NCBI GenBank assembly: GCA_949502025.1
Contig: CATBCG010000046.1
Span: 1-26,793 of the forward strand
Direction: 5' to 3'
Source of the DNA: an uncultured Lachnospiraceae bacterium
GTDB taxonomy: Bacteria; Bacillota; Clostridia; Lachnospirales; Lachnospiraceae
DNA: 26,793 nucleotides
This document shows, in pieces, positions 18,657 through 26,793 of this stretch. Under the pieces are notes generated by a model. That model did not search any database. It saw only the letters and a list, made by a program, of their open reading frames with translations, and was not told where the DNA came from. Positions within the stretch are counted from its first letter, which is position 1; each line of letters begins with the position of its first letter. A program made the translations under genes and the position numbers.

Positions 18657-19562
18657 ATTATTCAACACAACATGCCAGCGGCAAACACAAACAGACAGTT
18701 AGGGATTACGAATGGTAATCTGCAAAAATCTACAGAAAAGCTTTCTTCCGGGTATCGGATTAACCGTGCGGGCGATGACGCAGCAGGACTTTCCATTTCC
18801 GAAAAAATGCGTGGGCAGATTCGTGGTTTGAATCAGGCTTCTACTAATGCGCAGGATGGTATTTCCATGATTCAGACGGCAGAAGGTGCTATGAACGAAC
18901 TCCATTCTGTGGTACAGAGAATGAGAGAACTGACGGTTCAGGCTGCAAATGATACAAACGTAGCAGAAGATAGAATGGCAATTCAATCGGAAATTAAGCA
19001 GTTGTCAGAGGAAATTGATCGTATTGCACAAAGCACAGAATTTAACACGATGAAGCTATTAAATGGAGATTATAGCGAGGATGGAGAACGTGGAAAGCTG
19101 ACTCTTCAGGTTGGCGCTAATAACAGTAGTACAGATGTATTAGACGATGGAGATCAAGTAATTAAATTTAGCTTGAATGCTATGACTACTGATGTAATTG
19201 GCGGGGAAACCGGAACAGTATCTGCATTATTTATGCTTACAATTGACGATGCAACAGGTTTTGAAGACGCTGACATAGCAGCTTCTATAGCAGCAGATTT
19301 GGACATTTTAGATGAAGCATTAAAGTATGTTTCTGATGAACGTTCTAAATTGGGTGCTATTCAGAATCGTTTGGAACATACCATTGCTAATACAGATAAT
19401 ACCGCTGAAAATCTGCAGGCAGCAGAATCCCGTATCCGTGACGTAGATATGGCAGAGCAGATGGTAGATTACAGCAAGGACACTATCCTTCAGCAGGCAG
19501 CGCAGTCTATGCTGGCTCAGGCAAATCAGCAGACACAGGGTGTTCTGGCGCTTCTTCAGTAA
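18654..19562 (+). CDS. fliC: Flagellin, a short form of 302 aa that lacks a large variable domain
   Basis: N-terminal IQHNMPAANTNRQL...KLSSGYRINRAGDDAAGLSISEKMRGQIRGLNQAS, and C-terminal ...ILQQAAQSMLAQANQQTQGVLALLQ. Confidence 0.95.
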   Translation: MIIQHNMPAANTNRQLGITNGNLQKSTEKLSSGYRINRAGDDAAGLSISEKMRGQIRGLNQASTNAQDGISMIQTAEGAMNELHSVVQRMRELTVQAANDTNVAEDRMAIQSEIKQLSEEIDRIAQSTEFNTMKLLNGDYSEDGERGKLTLQVGANNSSTDVLDDGDQVIKFSLNAMTTDVIGGETGTVSALFMLTIDDATGFEDADIAASIAADLDILDEALKYVSDERSKLGAIQNRLEHTIANTDNTAENLQAAESRIRDVDMAEQMVDYSKDTILQQAAQSMLAQANQQTQGVLALLQ

Positions 19563-19617
19563 GCAATTTGTCTGAAAAGGGACAGGGTTATTCTAAGACA
19601 CAACACATACAAAAAAT

Positions 19618-19653
19618 GGGGAGCTTCCGGAAAGGAGGCTCCTTATTTGATTT
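19618..19653 (+). terminator. Rho-independent terminator after flagellin (GGAGCTTCC-ggaaa-GGAGGCTCC followed by TTATTTGATTT)
   Basis: A 9-bp stem including one G-U pair, followed by a U-rich tail. Confidence 0.8.
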
Positions 19654-19870
19654 GACAGAACTTGTCGGTTGCCAGGTTATCTATTTCTGTAGATGGTAAG
19701 GCTTGCCTGTTTCGATTGGTTCCAAATCATTCACTCTTGATAGTAGCCATAACAAAAAATAAAAATCCAATTATGTAGTTTTCTGCCTCTTCTTGGAACA
19801 GTGTCACAGCAGGAATCAAAAGAATGATGAAGGACGGGCGTATAAATTTGTAAAAAATGGTGTAAAATTC

Positions 19871-19899
19871 TTGACAGAAGAAGGAATAAGTGCTACACT
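19871..19899 (+). promoter_or_regulatory. Sigma-A promoter for the str operon: TTGACA, 17 nt, TGc-TACACT
   Basis: Read from the sequence, about 70 nt upstream of rpsL. Confidence 0.65.
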
Positions 19900-19967
19900 G
19901 ATATGGCATGTCAAAAACGATGTGTTTTTGCTGCAAAAGGAAAATGAATGACAGGAGGTGAAAATTA

Positions 19968-20387
19968 ATGCCAACTTTTAATCAGCTAGTGAGAAAGGGC
20001 AGACAAACGGTAGAAAAGAAGTCAACGGCACCTGCGTTGCAGAAGGGCTTTAACTCTCTGCATAAGCGTGCGACTGACATTTCCTCTCCACAGAAGAGAG
20101 GCGTTTGTACCGCGGTAAGAACTGCTACTCCGAAGAAGCCGAACTCCGCTTTAAGAAAGATTGCCAGAGTACGTCTTTCCAATGGTATCGAAGTGACGAG
20201 CTATATTCCGGGTGAAGGTCACAACCTTCAGGAGCATAGCGTTGTCCTGATCCGTGGCGGCAGAGTAAAGGACCTTCCAGGTACCAGATATCATATCGTT
20301 AGAGGTACTCTTGATACCGCAGGCGTTGCCAAGAGAAGGCAGGCCCGTTCTAAGTACGGCGCAAAGAGACCGAAGGACGCAAAATAA
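19968..20387 (+). CDS. rpsL: 30S ribosomal protein S12
   Basis: Unmistakable S12 sequence, including the [10 protein letters not shown] and [10 protein letters not shown] regions. Confidence 0.98.
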   Translation: MPTFNQLVRKGRQTVEKKSTAPALQKGFNSLHKRATDISSPQKRGVCTAVRTATPKKPNSALRKIARVRLSNGIEVTSYIPGEGHNLQEHSVVLIRGGRVKDLPGTRYHIVRGTLDTAGVAKRRQARSKYGAKRPKDAK

Positions 20388-20520
20388 AAAATAAGCGAAT
20401 GTAACGATATGGAGAGTATTCTAAGATTAAAAGTGCCGGATTAATTTTTACCTGTTAAAAATAGACGTGTAGAGTTAAACGGAACACGAACACAGCTTTG
20501 TATGGTTGTGAGTACCTTAG

Positions 20521-21030
<510 letters not shown>

Positions 21031-21160
21031 TAGGAAAAGACAGCAAAACTCCGGACAGGAGGCAGCTGGAATGACGGACGCATCTTTTTAGCGGTCGGAA
21101 TTTAAGCTTTAAGAAGTCTCATGGGAGGAATTTTGCGGAACTAAAATAGGAGGAGTAACC

Positions 21161-23278
21161 TTGGCTGGAAGAGAATATCCGTTAGAGAGAACCAGGAACA
21201 TCGGTATCATGGCGCATATCGATGCAGGTAAGACCACTCTGACCGAGCGTATCTTATACTACACTGGTGTAAATTATAAAATCGGTGATACTCACGAAGG
21301 TACTGCTACCATGGACTGGATGGAACAGGAGCAGGAAAGAGGTATTACCATTACTTCTGCGGCTACGACCTGCCACTGGACTCCACAGGATCACTGCAAA
21401 GAAAAGGAAGGCGCAGAGGAGTACCGGATCAATATCATTGACACTCCTGGGCATGTGGACTTTACTGTAGAAGTAGAGCGTTCCCTGCGTGTTTTGGATG
21501 GTGCAGTGGGCGTATTCTGTGCGAAGGGCGGCGTTGAGCCTCAGTCTGAAAATGTATGGCGTCAAGCTGACACCTACAATGTACCAAGAATGGCATTTAT
21601 CAATAAGATGGATATACTGGGCGCTAATTTTTATGGCGCTGTAGATCAGATTAGAACCAGACTTGGAAAAAATGCAATCTGTCTCCAATTGCCGATCGGC
21701 AAGGAAGACGAATTTAAAGGAATCATTGATCTGTTTGAGATGGAAGCCTACATTTACAACGATGAAAAGGGCGAGGACATCTCTATCGTGCCGATTCCGG
21801 ACGATATGAAGGATCAGGCGGACGAGTATCATACCGAGTTGGTAGAGAAAATCTGCGAGTTAGACGATGATTTGATGTTAAAGTATTTAGAGGGTGAAGA
21901 ACCGACTGTAGAGGAGTTAAAAGCTGCTCTGCGGAAGGGAACCTGTGAATGTGCTGCTATCCCGGTATGTTGTGGTACGGCTTATCGGAATAAAGGAGTA
22001 CAGAAGCTCTTAGATGCAGTTATTGATTTTATGCCGGCTCCAATCGACATTCCGGCTATCCAGGGTGTAGATGAGGACGGAAACGAAGTAGTAAGACATT
22101 CTTCTGACGAAGAGCCGTTTTCTGCGTTGGCATTTAAGATTATGGCAGATCCGTTTGTAGGAAAGCTGGCGTTCTTCCGTGTGTATTCCGGTACAATAAA
22201 CTCCGGTTCTTATGTATTGAATGCGACGAAGAATAAAAAAGAGCGTGTCGGACGTATTTTGCAGATGCATGCGAATAAGCGTGCCGAGCTGGATAAAGTA
22301 TATTCCGGTGATATCGCTGCGGCTGTCGGATTTAAGCTGACAACTACCGGTGATACCATCTGTGACGAACAGCATCCGGTTATTTTGGAGTCTATGGAGT
22401 TCCCGGAGCCGGTTATCGAGCTGGCTATCGAGCCAAAGACCAAAGCTGGGCAAGGAAAGATGGGCGAAGCGCTGGCAAAGCTGGCAGAAGAAGATCCGAC
22501 TTTCCGCGCACACACCAATCAGGAAACCGGACAGACTATCATCGCAGGTATGGGCGAGCTGCATTTGGAGATTATTGTAGACCGTCTGCTGCGTGAATTT
22601 AAGGTAGAAGCCAATGTCGGCGCTCCTCAGGTTGCATATAAGGAGACCTTTACAAAGGCAGTCGATATTGACAGCAAGTATGCAAGACAGTCCGGTGGAC
22701 GTGGACAGTATGGGCATTGTAAGGTTAAATTTGAGCCAATGGATCCGAATGGAGAGGAAATATTCAAATTCGAGTCTACCGTTGTCGGCGGTGCGATTCC
22801 AAAGGAATATATCCCAGCAGTCGGAGAAGGTATCGAAGAAGCTACCAAAGCTGGTATCCTTGGAGGATTCCCGGTACTTGGTGTTCGTGCAAACGTATAC
22901 GATGGGTCTTACCATGAGGTAGACTCTAGTGAAATGGCGTTTCACATTGCAGGCTCTATGGCATTTAAAGAAGCCATGAAAAAAGGTAATCCGGTTCTGT
23001 TAGAGCCGATTATGAAGGTAGAAGTGACCATGCCGGAAGAATATATGGGCGACGTTATCGGCGATATCAACTCCCGTCGTGGTCGTATCGAAGGTATGGA
23101 CGATATCGGCGGTGGCAAGATAGTACGTGGTTATGTACCGCTTGCTGAGATGTTCGGTTATTCTACCGACCTGCGTAGTAAGACACAGGGACGTGGAAAC
23201 TACTCGATGTTCTTTGAGAAGTACGAGCAGGTTCCAAAATCTGTACAGGAAAAGGTGCTTGCTGCAAAAGCAAAGTAA
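21161..23278 (+). CDS. fusA: Elongation factor G (TTG start)
   Basis: G-domain motifs AHIDAGKTT and DTPGHVDF, and NKMD. 705 aa. RBS AGGAGG. Confidence 0.98.
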   Translation: MAGREYPLERTRNIGIMAHIDAGKTTLTERILYYTGVNYKIGDTHEGTATMDWMEQEQERGITITSAATTCHWTPQDHCKEKEGAEEYRINIIDTPGHVDFTVEVERSLRVLDGAVGVFCAKGGVEPQSENVWRQADTYNVPRMAFINKMDILGANFYGAVDQIRTRLGKNAICLQLPIGKEDEFKGIIDLFEMEAYIYNDEKGEDISIVPIPDDMKDQADEYHTELVEKICELDDDLMLKYLEGEEPTVEELKAALRKGTCECAAIPVCCGTAYRNKGVQKLLDAVIDFMPAPIDIPAIQGVDEDGNEVVRHSSDEEPFSALAFKIMADPFVGKLAFFRVYSGTINSGSYVLNATKNKKERVGRILQMHANKRAELDKVYSGDIAAAVGFKLTTTGDTICDEQHPVILESMEFPEPVIELAIEPKTKAGQGKMGEALAKLAEEDPTFRAHTNQETGQTIIAGMGELHLEIIVDRLLREFKVEANVGAPQVAYKETFTKAVDIDSKYARQSGGRGQYGHCKVKFEPMDPNGEEIFKFESTVVGGAIPKEYIPAVGEGIEEATKAGILGGFPVLGVRANVYDGSYHEVDSSEMAFHIAGSMAFKEAMKKGNPVLLEPIMKVEVTMPEEYMGDVIGDINSRRGRIEGMDDIGGGKIVRGYVPLAEMFGYSTDLRSKTQGRGNYSMFFEKYEQVPKSVQEKVLAAKAK

Positions 23279-23326
23279 ATTTGCTTAGGCAAAGTAAATT
23301 CACTTATGCAAAGTAAATTTGCGTAG
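23270..23326. repeat. Three tandem copies of a 19-bp unit spanning the fusA stop codon. Each unit contains AAGTAA.
   Basis: The three units, read directly from the sequence, are CAAAGTAAATTTGCTTAGG, CAAAGTAAATTCACTTATG and CAAAGTAAATTTGCGTAGG. Confidence 0.8.
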
Positions 23327-23365
23327 GTAAAATAATACAAAATCGTTGGAATTGTTAAATTCTGC

Positions 23366-23394
23366 TTGAAAATATTTCATAGATGAAATATAAT
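23366..23394 (+). promoter_or_regulatory. Sigma-A promoter internal to the str operon, for tuf: TTGAAA, 17 nt, TATAAT
   Basis: Consensus hexamers with exact 17-bp spacing. The spacer contains the 6-bp inverted repeat TTTCAT/ATGAAA. Confidence 0.65.
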
Positions 23395-23477
23395 GAGAGC
23401 ATGTCAGGTGTTTTTCGTCAGGAAAGATACCAAAATAGAACAGAACATGATCCAAATTTAAAGGAGGAACATTAAAA

Positions 23478-24665
23478 ATGGCAAAAGCTAAGTTCGAAAG
23501 AACAAAACCACATTGTAATATTGGTACCATCGGCCACGTTGACCATGGTAAAACTACTCTGACCGCTGCTATTACCAAGACTTTAAATACCAGACTTGGT
23601 ACTGGCGAGGCTGTAGCCTTCGATATGATCGACAAGGCTCCGGAGGAGAGAGAAAGAGGTATCACCATTTCTACTGCTCACGTAGAGTACGAGACTGAAA
23701 AGAGACACTATGCACACGTTGACTGCCCAGGACATGCTGACTACGTTAAGAACATGATCACTGGTGCTGCTCAGATGGACGGCGCTATTCTGGTAGTAGC
23801 TGCTACTGACGGTGTTATGGCTCAGACCAAGGAGCATATCCTTCTGTCTCGTCAGGTAGGTGTTCCTTATATCGTTGTATTCATGAACAAGTGCGATATG
23901 GTAGACGATCCAGAGCTGTTAGAGCTGGTTGAGATGGAGATCACCGAGCAGCTTGAGGAGTATGAGTTCACAGATTGCCCAATCATTCAGGGTTCTGCAT
24001 TAAAGGCTCTGGAAGATCCGAACAGCGAGTGGGGCGACAAGATTATTGAGTTGATGCACACAGTTGACGATTATATTCCAGATCCACAGAGAGCTACCGA
24101 TCAGCCGTTCCTGATGCCAGTTGAGGACGTATTCTCCATTACTGGACGTGGTACTGTTGCTACAGGTCGTGTAGAGCGTGGTGTTCTGCATGTCAATGAT
24201 GAAGTAGAAATCGTTGGTGTGAAGGAAGATACTCGTAAGGTTGTTGTAACCGGCGTAGAGATGTTCCGTAAGCTTCTTGACGAGGCTCAGGCTGGTGATA
24301 ATATCGGTGCGCTGCTTCGTGGTGTTCAGAGAACAGAAATCGAAAGAGGACAGGTTCTTTGTAAGCCAGGCAGCATTACCTGCCACAAGAAATTTACCGC
24401 TCAGGTATACGTTCTGACCAAGGACGAGGGTGGTCGTCATACTCCGTTCTTCAACAACTACCGTCCACAGTTCTACTTCAGAACAACCGATGTTACAGGT
24501 GTGATCAACCTGCCGGAAAACACAGAAATGTGTATGCCTGGTGATAACGTAGAAATGACCATCGAACTGATTCATCCAATCGCTATGGAGCAGGGTCTTG
24601 GCTTTGCTATCCGCGAGGGTGGTAGAACAGTTGGTTCTGGTAAGGTTGCAAAGATTATTGAGTAA
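23478..24665 (+). CDS. tuf: Elongation factor Tu
   Basis: [22 protein letters not shown], 395 aa. Confidence 0.98.
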   Translation: MAKAKFERTKPHCNIGTIGHVDHGKTTLTAAITKTLNTRLGTGEAVAFDMIDKAPEERERGITISTAHVEYETEKRHYAHVDCPGHADYVKNMITGAAQMDGAILVVAATDGVMAQTKEHILLSRQVGVPYIVVFMNKCDMVDDPELLELVEMEITEQLEEYEFTDCPIIQGSALKALEDPNSEWGDKIIELMHTVDDYIPDPQRATDQPFLMPVEDVFSITGRGTVATGRVERGVLHVNDEVEIVGVKEDTRKVVVTGVEMFRKLLDEAQAGDNIGALLRGVQRTEIERGQVLCKPGSITCHKKFTAQVYVLTKDEGGRHTPFFNNYRPQFYFRTTDVTGVINLPENTEMCMPGDNVEMTIELIHPIAMEQGLGFAIREGGRTVGSGKVAKIIE

Positions 24666-24704
24666 TCTTTGACTAGCAAGTAATTAGTAAAAAGCTGGAT
24701 TTTA

Positions 24705-24745
24705 TGGGGCTTTCCGAGGAATCGGGAAGCCCTTTTTGAAATTTT
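24705..24745 (+). terminator. Rho-independent terminator of the str operon (GGGCTTTCC..GGGAAGCCC followed by TTTTT)
   Basis: Stem-loop plus a U-tract immediately after tuf. Confidence 0.8.
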
Positions 24746-24990
24746 GTATTCGTACAGGGATATTGATAAAAGGAAAAAGTTATGCTATCATAAAATCAGT
24801 TAAAAAAATCTAATATCTTTCTGGAAATATATGCTTATCTATATAGTCATAAGTAGAAATGAAAGAAATTATCAAGAGACAGATTTTCAAATAGAAAAGA
24901 AAAAGAGTTTATATCATTTTATAGGGAAGATATAATGTTGGCATAGAAATAGAATATTGATTTGATGAATGATAGAAAAGAAGGTAAACG

Positions 24991-26187
24991 ATGTTAGATT
25001 ATATTATTGAACGTACAAATGGATATATTGATAGTATGCCCAAAAAAGAGCGAAAAAAGTATGGTCAATTTTTTACAAGTAAAGAAACCGCACGTTTTAT
25101 GACAGAATTATATAAAATTCCTGATAACAAGCCTACAATCAGTATTCTAGATGCAGGTGCGGGATCGGGAATATTATCGTGTGCATTTATAGAACGATTA
25201 GAGCAGATGTCTTCTGTTCAAACAATAAAATTGACTTGCTATGAGAATGATGACAATATTTTGGAATTACTAAAAGAAAACCTGCACATTTGTCAGGAAA
25301 ATTCTAAAAAGGATATTCAAATTTATGTTATTACAGATAATTATATTACAAGCCAGTATTTGGATTTCAATCATATGTTAGGTGGTAATCTTGAACCTGA
25401 GAAATTTGATTTTGTAATTGGTAATCCTCCTTATATGAAAATAGCAAAAGATGCACCAGAAGCAACGGCTATGCCAAGGGTTTGCTATGGTGCGCCAAAT
25501 TTGTATTTTATTTTTGCAGCAATGGGTTTGTTTAATCTTGATGTTGATGGAGAAATGGTGTATATTATTCCGCGTTCATGGACTTCCGGGGCTTATTTTA
25601 AGCGATTTAGACAGTATTTTCTGACAGAAGGGAAATTAGAACACATTCATTTGTTTGTAAGCAGAAATAAAGTGTTTGACAAAGAAGATGTTTTACAAGA
25701 AACGATTATCATTAAAGTAAAAAAAACAAACCAAATACCAGAAAAAATAACAATTTCTTCTTCGCAGTCAAATTATGATTTTGATAATCGTACTTCCTTA
25801 ACGGTACCCTATAGCCTTGTTGTGTCAGGAAGTGATTATTATGTGTATTTAGTAACAGATGAAAAAGAAGTTTCAGTTTTAGAACGATTACATAAATTTG
25901 ATAAAACATTACCAGATATTGGGTTAAAAATGAAAACAGGATTGACGGTTGATTTTCGTAATCGTGAGATACTTCGTGATGATGCAGAGGAGGGAGCGAT
26001 TCCGCTTTTCTATTCGCAGCATATCAAACAGGGAGAAGTACAGTTCCCTATTCAGAAGGAGCATGAATATGTTGTGACTGACCAAAAGGGATTAATGCAG
26101 GAAAATAGGAATTATTTGTTTGTCAAGCGTTTTACTGCAAAAGAAGAAAGACGCAGATTGCAGTGCGGGGTGTATTTGTCTGTATAA
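24991..26187 (+). CDS. Gamma-class N6-adenine DNA methyltransferase (Eco57I/TaqI-like). It is solitary and markedly AT-rich.
   Basis: Motif order FFT (GQFFTSKETARFM), then AdoMet motif I (ILDAGAGSGIL), then motif IV (IGNPPY), with a long C-terminal target-recognition region. No restriction endonuclease ORF is adjacent. Confidence 0.85.
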   Translation: MLDYIIERTNGYIDSMPKKERKKYGQFFTSKETARFMTELYKIPDNKPTISILDAGAGSGILSCAFIERLEQMSSVQTIKLTCYENDDNILELLKENLHICQENSKKDIQIYVITDNYITSQYLDFNHMLGGNLEPEKFDFVIGNPPYMKIAKDAPEATAMPRVCYGAPNLYFIFAAMGLFNLDVDGEMVYIIPRSWTSGAYFKRFRQYFLTEGKLEHIHLFVSRNKVFDKEDVLQETIIIKVKKTNQIPEKITISSSQSNYDFDNRTSLTVPYSLVVSGSDYYVYLVTDEKEVSVLERLHKFDKTLPDIGLKMKTGLTVDFRNREILRDDAEEGAIPLFYSQHIKQGEVQFPIQKEHEYVVTDQKGLMQENRNYLFVKRFTAKEERRRLQCGVYLSV

Positions 26188-26229
26188 TTCCATTAGAGAA
26201 CATATAAAGAGATACCATATATAAAGAAT

Positions 26230-26256
26230 GAGTGAGAAGCTTTTGACCTCTCACTC
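26230..26256 (-). terminator. Hairpin GAGTGAGA..TCTCACTC downstream of the minus-strand sigma-like gene. On the minus strand it is followed by an A/T-rich run.
   Basis: An 8-bp perfect stem read from the sequence. Confidence 0.4.
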
Positions 26257-26285
26257 AACATTTCACAGAAAAGCAGACTACATCA

Positions 26286-26711
26286 TTATAAAATCTTACG
26301 CAACCTCTTACGTAAATGAGCCACCCTCGCATATACAGCCCCTGCCTTCAAATGCACGAGCAGGGCAATTTCTTTTGTGGAGTAACCCTGCATTTTCAGC
26401 AAGACGATTTGTAATGTACGTCTGTCCACTGTGACTAAGGCAAGGTACAGAGTTTTGCTTTCAATCTCATCCAGTAAATCCGTTACCGTCCTTATCTCTG
26501 CCTGTTTCTCCCTGCCCACCATTTCCTCAAGGTACTCCCCGAAGTCGCTCGTCCATCGGTAAAACCTCCTGTTGGAATTAAAATCTGCCCTGTCGTCTGT
26601 GCGGATTTGCTCAATGACCGCTTCATCAACGCCGCACTCACGCAGAACCCTTTCCTCGGCTTCTTTCCAGATGCGCCATTTCCTGTCCTCCCGTCCGTGG
26701 TTATATGCCAT
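26286..26711 (-). CDS. Sigma-70 region-4 (HTH) family protein of the type carried by Firmicute conjugative transposons/ICEs (Tn916 Orf7-like)
   Basis: C-terminal LLKMQGYSTKEIALLVHLKAGAVYARVAHLRKRLRK matches the sigma-70 region 4 / LuxR-like HTH. It has a GGAGG RBS and its GC content is higher than the adjacent methyltransferase. Confidence 0.55.
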   Translation of the reverse strand: MAYNHGREDRKWRIWKEAEERVLRECGVDEAVIEQIRTDDRADFNSNRRFYRWTSDFGEYLEEMVGREKQAEIRTVTDLLDEIESKTLYLALVTVDRRTLQIVLLKMQGYSTKEIALLVHLKAGAVYARVAHLRKRLRKIL

Positions 26712-26793
26712 GTTTCTTTTCCTCCAATCGAAATTGATTGAGAGGGCAGGAAAAGCCCCCTCATTTTCCCAAAGGAAAAAACAAGGGGGCTGA

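Noticed and set aside
19727-19936. 69-aa minus-strand ORF between flagellin and rpsL
   Set aside because: It overlaps the rpsL promoter, is AT-rich hydrophobic junk, and has no RBS.

Overview
Reading from sequence alone, this is a chromosomal window from a spore-forming Firmicute (Clostridia/Lachnospiraceae-like, roughly 45-50% GC by eye). Its backbone is the universally conserved rpoB-rpoC ... rpsL-rpsG-fusA-tuf (RNA polymerase and str operon) region, and three things break that backbone.

1. The rpoB-rpoC spacer is expanded to 386 nt by three tandem long hairpin elements of about 108 nt. All three carry an identical 30-nt apex, and the middle copy shows compensatory stem mutations, which points to a structured RNA or palindromic element family.

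2. About 11.7 kb of accessory genes sit between rpoC and rpsL:
- a 2-hydroxyacid dehydrogenase
- an xpaC-like gene and a telA/yaaN-like gene
- a CwlC-like amidase with a SPOR domain
- an nfeD-flotillin pair with a divergent XRE regulator
- an AT-rich GT32 glycosyltransferase
- a 740-bp ORF-free region carrying paired palindromes
- a divergent csrA with no fliW
- a flagellin gene

3. Immediately after the tuf terminator the composition drops to an AT-rich island encoding a solitary gamma-class N6-adenine DNA methyltransferase. A converging sigma-70 region-4-like gene of the kind carried by Firmicute conjugative elements follows, so this is probably a mobile-element boundary.

Several sigma-A promoters and rho-independent terminators are readable. 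No tRNA, rRNA, CRISPR or transposase was seen.
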